Assembly: GCA_002633005.1 (NCBI GenBank)
Contig: NMRA01000143.1
Location: forward strand, 794,453-858,452
DNA from: Phoronis australis
Lineage: Eukaryota > Animalia > Phoronida
Direction: 5' to 3'
Length of the DNA stretch: 64,000 nt
The translations under genes were made by a program, and so were the position numbers. Under the pieces are notes generated by a model. The model had not been told where the DNA came from. It ran no database searches and saw only the letters and a list, made by a program, of their open reading frames with translations. Below, one piece after another: positions 51,448 to 61,603 of this stretch. The first letter of the stretch is position 1; the number at the start of each line of letters is the position of its first letter.

Positions 51448-53024
51448 TATTATTGTTATAAAATGAAACAAATGCGTTCATATTTGGAGAAGGCGTGGGT
51501 GTCTTCGAGTAGCGTTTTCTTTTCATAGTAGAGGTTTATCGGAGTACTGTTTTTTGGAGTAATGGGCAGTAACCATACGACTCACCAGCATTGAACTGCT
51601 GAGCGTATGAGCATTTCCGTGTCATATACTTTCTCTATTATGCCAATACAGCCCTCATGAAACTTGTAAGCAAAATGTTTGGCCCACTATAGTACATTAT
51701 GAAAATACATCTTGAAGAGGTTAACGAAGAAAATGAAAAATATTGAGATAAAAAGCTAAATGTCAGACGGCTGCTAGGCAGTTTTGACATTTGACCTCTA
51801 ATTTGACCTTGAAAATGGCCCCGTATTAATAAAGTAACACCAGAACTGGACTCCCTATCAGAGAAAATGGTATAAACAATGTATTACATGACCCTGTTAG
51901 TCATCAAGTTGAAAAAAACAAAGTGGGTCGAAATTCAAATTTGCGGAATCCGCCATCTTGAATTGCAAAAAATGCAACCAAGCTAAGTTTCTTCTCCTGA
52001 TCATATTTAATATATTTCAACAAAACAACTTTACAGTAATCAACATTGCAGAGTTCACTATGGGGGCTATTGAGCTTGCACTAGACTAATGTAGTTCTTT
52101 CGCCGTGTAATCCGGGACGACCCTATTGCAATGGCTACCGAATAAGGTTTGTAACAGATTCAAAACCACTGTTTGACTCTCGGGTGTAGGTTGGCATACG
52201 TACATGTAACCTACATCGTAACACCCGACACAATCTTCTAACGTCCTCTAGTATGAAGGTACCTTGAACGTTAAGAAAAAGTCCGTAGCTGAGAACAGGG
52301 CCTCAATTCTCGCCTTTCAACTACCGACGTCTTTTTGAAAGGATACATAACCCGCTTTAACCTAATTAACAGATATCAAAACGACTTTCTCTTACAGTTC
52401 ACTGCAACAAAACAATTCTCTCTAACCTCGAGAACCCTTAAATGTTTGGAACCACATTTGAAATTTCCGCTACAAAGTCTGGTATACGTAAAAGCCTGGC
52501 CCAGGTTTTGGGCGAGTTACCCGACAACTACAGTATAGTGAAAACTAAACGACAAGAACCCTAATAGACATGTAAAATCTGTGGTACAACGAGCATTCAG
52601 ATTTTAAATGATTCCCAGTTGGGACCACGCCCTAGCACATGACAGAACGAGGACAGGTTGGAATCACCAAACCAGTATTTTTTGAAGTATAGGCCTACAT
52701 GTACAATGTCATCACAAATCAATAAACTCGCTGGGCCACGGGTAAAAATAAAATCAGACGAAGTCCATTTCTCCTTTGGTCCCTTTTTGGAATTGCCCGT
52801 AGTGTCTGTCTGACACCCGGTGCGATCTAACTTACACCCGGGGCAATCTAACTTACATGTTGTTCATGAACAAGATGAAACATTGTGACGTCATTCATGG
52901 AAGCTTACTACCATGTATACATGTACCTAGTACTACTTATTTTATATATTTGTTTCTGTCGTAAAAGGAAATTTTTAGGTTTAACCTACAGTAAACCATC
53001 CGACTCGCCTTTTGTATTTCGCAG

Positions 53025-53302
53025 ACTACACGATGACCACATTATAATCGTAAACGCAAACTGTTCAGTCAAAACATTTGTGCGCCACCTGTCCACGATT
53101 TGCTTGGCCGGGATAGAAAGCGATGAATGGAAAAACTCTATGGCCGAAATGGAATGCCTAGAGGACGTGCAACCGACCCTAATGCAAGAAAGGTCCCATA
53201 TGAATGTTGGTAACGAGAAATTATCGCCTAGTCGATACAACGAGGAAATTAGACAAACGTTGTCAACCAATTTGTTTACCAAACAGTCACCTCCGGAAAA
53301 TG
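53025..53302 (+). CDS. CXorf65-like: CXorf65/C22orf15-family gene, coding exon 2 (LHDDHIIIVNANCSVKTFVRHLSTIC...PPEN)
   Basis: Acceptor ccttttgtatttcgcag and donor G|gtaagc. Lies in the frame of the longest ORF in the window (52885-53316) and carries the family VNxNC motif. Confidence 0.8.
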
Positions 53303-53821
53303 GTAAGCGACTATAGTTCTTTGAAAACTTGAAAGTTCGAGTTAAGTTACTAAATGCGTTTAAATAATGCGTTCGCAGGATAATACCGGTCTCTTCAGTC
53401 CTTTCTTAGTTGTAAGTATACCAGTTATAATATGTTTTAGTAAAACTTTGAAGTAGAATTTAATATCATTGTAGTAAAGATCTCAAATTCTTGCATCAAA
53501 GACATTGTGAAAATGCCAACAAGATTTTGGCAGATTACACATTGCCGTTTCTCTGCATCTAGACCACAGCTGTAAAGATTTTACTGATCCTGTACCAAAT
53601 TGAGGTTACACAAGGTTCACCATACATTCAGTGTTGTAAAAGGAACTTGACGCGTCAATTGATTTAGGTTGTTTTACGGGAACGTTTTTCCTTCGACATG
53701 TAAAGAACCCTTTCCTCAACTACGGCGTACACCAGCGAACGAAACAACACAGGGAACAATCGTTTAACTAATTTTCGAATGTATCTTTTGCCAGTTCGTC
53801 AGAAATTTACTCTGTAAAAAG

Positions 53822-54067
53822 GGTTAAGCAAGATGAAATTGGAACTCGAACACGACGTTGTGTTTACAGGCTGGTTGGATCTATGCGACCCATCGACAGG
53901 TGCGATGTGCCGAATCAACGAACTGAAGCCCTGGGATTACGCCATAAATGTTGTACAACCTCGTATGGAGTACATTCCGTGTGTAGTAAAGCGTGTGAAC
54001 GATGAGGAGAAAATTTTACCTATCGCCAGGTTTTCATTCTGCGAAAGATCATATCCAGGTCTAATAG
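53822..54067 (+). CDS. CXorf65-like: CXorf65/C22orf15-family gene, coding exon 3 (...WLDLCDPSTGAMCRINELKPWDYAINVVQPRMEYIPCVVKR...YPGLI)
   Basis: Resembles human CXorf65 TIDLCEQTGKMK...[20 protein letters not shown] (recalled). Donor is G|gtaaac (phase 1). The acceptor is inferred at aaag 53821 because the stronger cag at 53794 reads into an in-frame TAA, so the 5' boundary is less certain. Confidence 0.78.
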
Positions 54068-55895
54068 GTAAACGTAATCTTCTGATCTATATTTTAGCTG
54101 AATTTTGTCTTTCTTCCACGCATGAAAATTGAGCATTTTGTCCGTAGCAGGCGAAAGTGGTACAATTCCATAAAATTGTAAGCCACGGTTTCGACTTTTA
54201 TATACATGTATTCGTACCACGGTGATGAAGGGCAAGTACATGTAAATATTACAGGGCGGGAAATGGCGACGCATCGGCAGTTATCGAAAATGTCCGTGTG
54301 AATTGCTCATCACTCAAAAATAGCATAATCAGACAGTTTCAGTTCGACAGAAGCCAGTGTTGCCTTCAACGGAACTTGTATTAGTCAAACGTTGCCATCG
54401 ATTTACAAAAATGCTTGTTGCCAGTAAGAATTCTCACATTTCAATGGTTATCTCACAGATTTTGTCCCACGCTGTAGCAGGGTTTCAAGGAAAAGCTAGA
54501 GTAGAAGAAGTGGTATACCAATTATTCGGCCATGATCCTGAAATGTATTGCATTTGTCAACAGGCGTTATCGACCGTTGTCTTAAATCTTAATCAATTTT
54601 ATTAAAAAGCAAGTTACAAACAAAGTGGAAATCTTCAAGGAGGTACTCAAAACAAATTATGCATAAAACCTTTCAACAATTCCATGTGATTCAAACAGAA
54701 GTTACTGGCTTCTAAATGGCTTGTGGCAGACAAAAATACATTCTGGGTTGTGCGTGCCAGCCCCAAAAATTTCAACCACGTAATTCTGTTTAAATGTGTG
54801 ATGTACTAGTTAGATAATGAAGATCCCGGTTAAATCTTTGTAGAGTTTTGTAGAATCGAGAAATTCTATAAGGTAGGTGTTGTGGTCACGTGCCTAGTTT
54901 GCAGTTCATGACGAATTCTTGCATTTCCCTAATACGTTCGCGTTCAATGAACTCTCTCTTGCTTAAAATAAATAGTAGATTTACATGCACACTGAGTGCC
55001 AAATGGATGATGGCGAAAAGTGAGCATTTTGGAAAATACCTGATAACACTAAACTTTTAGGATACCAGGAACTGTCAAAAAAGCAACCCATTAAGTGACG
55101 ATAAAGACTGCAGCTAGTGTATTATATGGCCCCTAAATTTGCGTTAGATCGAGGAACCATGAAAATGATTTCCAGAGAGTCCTTTCATAGCATTGACTAC
55201 TAAACAATACTCTTAAAGAAAATCAACAGATGTGTTTTTAAAATCTTCTTTAACCAAAATAAACTAGAAATAGTCAGCACAACGCTTTCAAACAGCCACC
55301 CAACAATTACATGTACAATAACAGACGTGTCGGAGGCTCTGGTCAATGCATTGAGTTGGATAAGTGGAAAGTAAGAAGAGTGTCGACCTCTTCATTGGAA
55401 CCTTGGGAATCCGGTGGATGATCAGCTGCCATTTTACTATTTCAAGGAAGGACAACACAGTTGCCGCCATGTGAAACAACAAGTGCTTTCTCGATCCCCC
55501 GAGAAATGGTCCATATAGGTTTTTCTGCCAATTTCGTAGGAAGAAGATTGCCAAAATGTCCTTCAATTTTCTCTCTCTGCATACCAAAAGGTTTTTCAAC
55601 AAGACATTTGTGGGTGTTAAATTCATTTTACGTTGTTTTACAGAAAGAAGTTACATTTGTCCTAAAAATTAGGCCCTAGAAACAGTTGTGTTTAAGTAAC
55701 TTTGTTATGCTTATAACTACTGTTATCTTTCGTACTTGACTACACCCGTAAGAGAACCCAATTCATTATTCCGTGTTGCTGACAGCGTTCTGTACATTTG
55801 CCAATTGCCTCACTCTTAGTGGACTGTCCCATTTTTCGACTTTTCCGCCATTCGCCACAGTGCACTACTACTGTTAGTTTTGAATCATTTTCATC

Positions 55896-56515
55896 TGGTA
55901 CCTCGAATATCTAATCCAGCTCAAATTTTGAATGACTTAAGGTGGTTGACCTTTTGGAGATTTCTGGCGGGTACAACCCAGAGTGTAGTTTATCTGTTAT
56001 GGGGCATTTAATGATGAGTGACATGAATTGAATCACATGGAATTGGTTGTTTTTGATACCCCGAGTGTATGAGCTTCATCATTTTCAGGGGTCTTTCTGG
56101 GTTTTTGGCGGACACTTTCCAGAGTGCAGTTTGTCTGTCATGGATCATTCGGTTTTCACCGCAGTATTGTTGCTTGTTTTAAACCAGTATTAGATGGTAC
56201 CTCAAATATCTAACCTAGCTCAAATTTTCAATGGCATACCGTTGTTGACATATGGGGGGAGGGGGTTCTGGTGGGCACAACCCAGAGTGAATTTTATCTG
56301 TCATGGGACATTTAGTGATCAGCGACATATACAGTGTATTGAATCGTATGAAATTGGTTTTTGTGGTGCTTCGAATGTATGGGGTCCTTTTTTGGTTACT
56401 GCCGAACCCATTCCAGAGTGCAATTTGTCTGTCGTGGATCATTCGGTGTTCAGTGCGGTACTAGTCTGTTTGAAATCGGTTTTGGCCGGTACCTCTCATA
56501 TCTAATCTAACTCAT
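55896..56515 (+). repeat. About 295-bp satellite-like tandem units (also 58450-59030)
   Basis: The unit start ggtacctc.aatatctaa recurs at about 55897, 56196 and 56488, with an internal subrepeat ccagagtg...tctgtcatgg. Confidence 0.75.
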
Positions 56516-57019
56516 TTCTGGCCCACTTTTAAGGTCCCCAGGGAACGCATCCAGAGTGAAAATAACGGCAGACGTCCATTTCCGTATATACTGAGGTGGA
56601 CTCTAAGTGCCCCTGTGGTCAAATGTGTGGGAAAGTTACTGGCTTCGTACCACTTAAAGATGCACTTCTCTGTACGTCAAGCTAAACTAGCCACGGAATC
56701 AGGAGCTATCTCATAGCGATTAGTGGCTTCACACGTACAACCGTACATGTGATTTAGAAGAACAATGATAATGCTTTTGCTGCAAAATACGGTTGTAGAA
56801 AAGTCAATAAAAGTACCATTCAAGTGACCGGTTTTCTAATTCGTACCTTTCAGACATCAGAATCGTACCAATGGTACTATACTAATAAATAGGAATATTT
56901 TACCAATCGAAGATGAAAAATGAAACAGTGCAAACAATCAAACCTTTTATTGGCAACATAGAAACATATGGGAACAAACAACGTTTCGATATGACTAGAA
57001 CATGAACTGCCGTCTTCTT

Positions 57020-57388
57020 AAATCTGTCCTAACAGACCAGCACAAAGGCAACAGCATGGATCAGTCAGTTAAACTTACCTTACAAATTTAAATTGACTGT
57101 TTGTAAATGTTAATCAGTGTCTCCTGCCAACTCCTCGCCAGATTTGCTCGTTTTGTTCAAACATACTAGACAAAACACATCGTCGGCTTCGCTATCTGAC
57201 GAACTGACATCTTGGTGGCGTTTTCTTTGCCTGGCCTTGGGCTTTTTCTGAACTTTCTTCACCTTTTTAATAAGTTTCGTTCGTCGCGCACCAGCTTTTC
57301 TTTCCATTCGCTTTTATACGGGCTGCTGGTTAGTGTTCGTGACTGAGTCGCCAAATGACGCGAGCGACGCATTGTATTTAATGCATTT
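57020..57388 (-). pseudogene. pogo/Tigger-like transposase C-terminal remnant with PHD-like finger (duplicate copy A)
   Basis: RRSRHLATQSRTLTSSPYK, then a frameshift, a Lys-rich stretch, SSSDSEADDVFCLVCL...GEE and a decayed LCAGL. Confidence 0.6.
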
Positions 57389-59103
57389 NAATACCACTAA
57401 ACTTTTAGATACCAGGAACTGTCAAAAAACAACCCATTAAGTGACGATAAAGACTGCAGCTAGTGTATTATATGACCCCTAAATTTGCGTTAGATCGAGG
57501 AACCATGAAAATGATTTCCACGGAGTCCTTTCATAGCATTGACTACTAAACAATACTCTTAAAGAAAATCAAGAGATGTGTTTTTTAAAATCTTCTTTAA
57601 CCACAATAAACGAGAAATAGTCAGCAATAACACCGGTGTCAGAGGCTCTGGTCAATGCATTGAGTTGGATAAGTGGCAAGTAAGAAGCGTGTCGATCTCT
57701 TCATGGGAACCTTGGGAATCCGGTGGATGATCAGCTGCCATGTTACTACTTCAAGGAAGGCCAACACAGTTGCCGTCTCGTGAAACAACAAGTGCTTTCT
57801 CCCCAAGAAATGGTCCATACAGTTTTTCCTGCCAATTTCGTAGGAAGAAGATTGCCAAAATGTCCTTCAATTGTCACTCTCTGCATACCAAAAGGTTTTT
57901 CAACAAGATATTTGTGGGTGTTAAATTCGTTTTACGTTGTTTTACAGAAAGAAGTTACATTTGTCCTAAAAATTTAGGCTCTAAAAACAGTTGTGCTTAT
58001 GTAACTTTGTTATACTTATAACTACTGTTATCTTTCGTACTTGACTACACCCGTAAGAGAACCCAATTCAGTATTCCATGTTGCTGACAGCGTACTGTGT
58101 ATCTGTCAATTGCCCCACTCTGTGGACTGTCCCACTTTTTTGAATTTTCCGCCATCCGCCACACTATTTAAATGGCTCGCTTTTTGACGCACGACTAAAT
58201 TGACACACTATAATATGCTATTGTTATTTCCCTCGCGACATGCCAACTTTTCCCGGTCGACTAAAATGCAAAAAATGGGACAGTTTCGATAGCTCATTAC
58301 GCTACATTACCTGCGGATTTAATTGTCACTTAATGGGTAGTTTTCTAACAGTTCCTGGTATCCCAAAGCTTTAGTGTTACTACGTATTTTACAAAATGTT
58401 TACTGTCGGCTCTCATCTATTTGGCACTCAATGTGACGCTATTATAAGCTTTCAATAGCATATCGTGGTTGAGATTTTTGGAGGTATCTGTCGGGCACAA
58501 CTCACAGTGTATTTTGTCTGTCATAGGACATTTAGTGACCAGTGACGTGTATTGAATCACATGGAGTTGGTTGTTTTTGATACCCCGAGTGTATGAGCTT
58601 CCTCATTTTCAGGGGTCTTTCTGGGTTTTTGGCGTACCCTTTCCAGAGTGCAGTTTGTCTGTCATGGATCACTCGGTGTTCACCGCAGTATTGTTGCTTG
58701 TTTTAAACCAGTATTAGATGGTACCTCGAATATTTAACCTAGCTCAAATTTTCAATGGCATACCGTTGTTGACATATGGGGGGAGGGGTTTCTGGTGGGC
58801 ACAACCCAGTGTGAATTTTATCTGTCATGGGACATTTAGTGATCAGTGACATATACAGTGTATTAATTGGTTTTTGTGGTGCTTCGAATGTATGGGGTCC
58901 TTTTTTGGTTCCTGCCGAACCCATTCCAGAGTGCAATTTGTCTGTTTTGGATCATTCGGTGTTCAGTGCGGTACTATTGTCTGTTTGAAATCGATTTTGG
59001 CCGGTACCTCTCATATCGAATCTAACTCATGTATGGTCCCCTTTTAAAGTCCCCAGGGAACGCATCCAGAGTGCAAATAAGGGCAGACTTCCATTTCCGT
59101 ATA

Positions 59104-59336
59104 ATAAAAAAATAATTGCAGGCGGTCTGATACACGTTGTACCAGACGTGCATGTGGGCCCATTGCACTGATCACCTGGAAATATTTTTATGCTTTATTG
59201 ATATATGGTTAAAACCGAGCTGAGGAGCTAGAAACCTGGCTCAAGGGTTTAGCAGTGTGACCTGGCGGGACTTGAACCCACGACCTCTAGTAAAGAAAGC
59301 GGGCACTTATTAACCAGGCCACACTGCCTCCTCTCT
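59104..59336 (-). mobile_element. tRNA-derived SINE, copy 4, with 11-bp TSD
   Basis: TSD atttccgtata at 59093-59103 and 59337-59347, and the empty site is visible at about 56578 in copy A. A-box-like tggcctggttaa and B box ggttcaagtcc on the minus strand. Confidence 0.85.
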
Positions 59337-59759
59337 ATTTCCGTATATACCGAGGTGGACTTTAAATGTCCCTGTGGTCAAATGCGTGGGAAAGTTACTG
59401 GCTTCGTACCACTTATGGATGCACCTCTCTGTACGTCAAGCTAAAATAGCCACGGAATCAGGAGCTATCTCATAGCGATTAGTGGCTTCACACACACAAC
59501 CGCACATGTGATTTAGAAGAACAATGATAATGCTTTTGCTGCAAAATACGGTTGTAGAAAAGTCAATAAAAGTACCATTCACGAGACCGGTTTTCAGAAT
59601 CGTACCAGTGGTACTATACTAATAAATATGAATATTTTACTGATCGAAGATGAAAAATGAAACAGTGCAAACAATCAAACCTTTTATTGGCAAAATAGAA
59701 ACATATGGGAACAAACAACGTTTTGATATGACTAGAACATGAACTGCCGTCTTCTTAAA

Positions 59760-60913
59760 TCTGTGCTAACAGACCAGCGCAAAGGCAACAGCATGGATCA
59801 GTCAGTTAAACTTACCTTACAAATTTAAATTGACTGGTTTGTATATGTTAATCAGTGTCTCCTACCAACTCCTCGCCAGATTTGCTCGTTTTGTTCAAAC
59901 ATACTAGACAAAACATATCGTCGGCTTTGCTATCTGACGAACTGACATCTTGGTGGTGTGTTCTTTGCCTGGCATTGGGCTTTTTCTGAACTTTCTTCAC
60001 CTTTTTAATAAGTTTCGTTCGTCGCGCACCAGCTTTTCTTTCCATTCGCTTTTATACGGGCTGCTGGTTAGTGTTCGTGACTGAGTCGCCAAATGACGCG
60101 AGCGACGCATTGTATTTAATGCATTTGGTAGTCGGACACTCGTTTATTTTGTCGAGGAGAAATTGCGTTCTTTAAAGCTTCGTATCCAGATTTTCCGCAG
60201 ATAAGCCCACCCCATGGCGTTTGACTGGTGTTACAATTTCTGGTGTCAAGTGTTCAGATGAGGGAATTTATTCAAAGAAATTCTTCTTAAAAGCCCACTC
60301 AGCGGCAACTTTTTGTCTCAAATTCAGTTTTGTGGAACACTGATCATTTACAAAAACGAACGAAAGGTTGGTGAACTATGCATTTATTAACATCAATTTA
60401 AAAACACAATTTTAAGTAAAAAAATGTCAGTCAACAAAGCTCCTTTTCTCCAAATTAATGCCCAGGCGTTCATTTGGTGTTACTAAAACACCTGAAATTT
60501 TTTATTGTCCTACGGGCTTATCTACGGAAAATACTGGTATTGGCCAGCATCACTGTTTTTGGTAAACTGAGGTCTGGATGTCATAAAGCTGCAGTATCAG
60601 GTTTTATTGGATGTCATGGGATTTTCCAATTGATATGCAAGTTTCATTAGATCTTTTGGTGTGATACCAAAGAAAGGATTGCCAAGAACTTTAATACGTT
60701 TCACAACATTATCTTTTACTTCTATAGGCAAAACTCTGACCTCCGCGCAACTTGGTGTCATGTTTTGCGTACTTATTCAGATCCCATGCGGTGACGGCGA
60801 TAGTTGGCTTTAGGATACCAAAGAGCTCAGAAACAGCGTTTAATCTCAATCCTTCATCCATTGCTTTGGAACAGTTGTGCATATGTTGTGATGTCGAAGG
60901 CGACGGATGTCAT
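59760..60913 (-). pseudogene. pogo/Tigger (CENP-B/Jerky-like) transposase pseudogene: psq-type HTH, CENP-B-type HTH and C-terminal PHD-like finger; DDE core not seen
   Basis: Frameshifted reading gives KAMDEGLRLNAVSELFGILKPT-IRRHRMG-LNKYAK, RVLPIEVKDNVVKRIKVLGNPFFGITPKDLMKLAYQLE, *YCSFM-HPDLSL, then SRTLTSSPYK and DDMFCLVCL. An acceptor-like tttttgctttcag precedes the ATG. Confidence 0.75.
60183..60539. mobile_element. Tigger-type MITE inserted in the pogo remnant (family of 6089-6506)
   Basis: TIRs tatccagattttccgcagataagccc / gggcttatctacggaaaatactggta. Confidence 0.6.
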
Positions 60914-61229
60914 TTTCCTGAAAGCAAAAAATTAAATGAAAAGCAAGGTCTGTACCGGCAAGCGTCGCCACGCTTTAGGGGAATTACCAAACACCTGTAG
61001 GGAAATACCACCCACCGAGAACCATAATAACCTATCTGTGACACAGTGATCTTGAATTTTTAATTCAGTCATGCTTGTATCACTTAAGTTAAACGCCAGT
61101 GATGCATTAGCAGATAGCAGAACGAGGATTGGCTGAAATTAACAACTGAATGGGGTTTAGTATCCTTTAGCTATCCCTTACTATTACGATTCATGAATTT
61201 TTCTCTTCTCATATCCTGCTTAATTTTAG

Positions 61230-61498
61230 CGAATCTCAACACCGTTGAAGATGACGACCAGGACCAGAAGAAGAAGAAACTGACAAGTACATCGAAGCGA
61301 AGGAAAAGTTCCGTGCAAATCAAAAAAACTGCCAGCCGTACCAGCCCCAGCATGACTAAGAAAAAAGCAGGACGCAATAGTTTAATTGCTGCTGGGAGTA
61401 CACATTCCTCCAGTACCACGCTGTCTCAAGCGGGTTCAAAGCAAGGATTGTCTGCCGAACTGCAGCCTGAGGATCTCAAGCGGAGTTCAAACAGTTGA
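61230..61498 (+). CDS. CXorf65-like: CXorf65/C22orf15-family gene, probable last coding exon (basic, Ser-rich tail)
   Basis: Long polypyrimidine tract and ttttag acceptor at 61229. Phase 1 matches exon 3, and the frame is open to TGA at 61498. The K/R/S-rich tail resembles the basic C-termini of the family. Confidence 0.62.
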
Positions 61499-61603
61499 AA
61501 GTCACGTGCACGCACTATGGCAACCGATGAAAATTACGTGCAAAAGTTTTTCCTAATTAAATTCAACTAGAATTATCATAATGGAATACAAGATAATTTT
61601 CTT

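Larger units (their letters stand above)
48110..52088 (-). mobile_element. Academ-like DNA transposon, internally deleted, 3-bp TSD ATG
   Basis: atg|TACTCCAGTTGCCAA ... TTGCACTAGACTA|atg. Long diverged inverted arms (48110-48420 against 51780-52088) and an internal transposase-like motif CDNTDVFELMIY. Confidence 0.7.
47733..52124 (+). mobile_element. ISL2EU/Harbinger-type THAP MITE, split by a 4-kb insertion (own sequence 47733-48109 + 52092-52124)
   Basis: AT|AGGGCCGTCCCGGATTATATAGCGA ... TCGCCGTGTAATCCGGGACGACCCT|AT. A THAP remnant MPTMYYCCALV*NSDVSKFDKLNKYP*...KFLAFP starts at 47917. An uninterrupted sister copy lies at 62495-62894. Confidence 0.75.
55043..60126 (+). repeat. Tandem duplication: copy A 55043-57388, copy B 57391-60126, joined at an N
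   Basis: Both copies start ata.cactaaactttta and end attgtatttaatgcattt, and are highly similar between. B has a SINE that A lacks and a different segment at about 58165-58450. Confidence 0.9.

Noticed and set aside
55856-55895. CACAGTG as a true V(D)J recombination signal
   Set aside because: No nonamer at 12- or 23-bp spacing, not conserved in duplicate copy B, and no antigen-receptor segments nearby.
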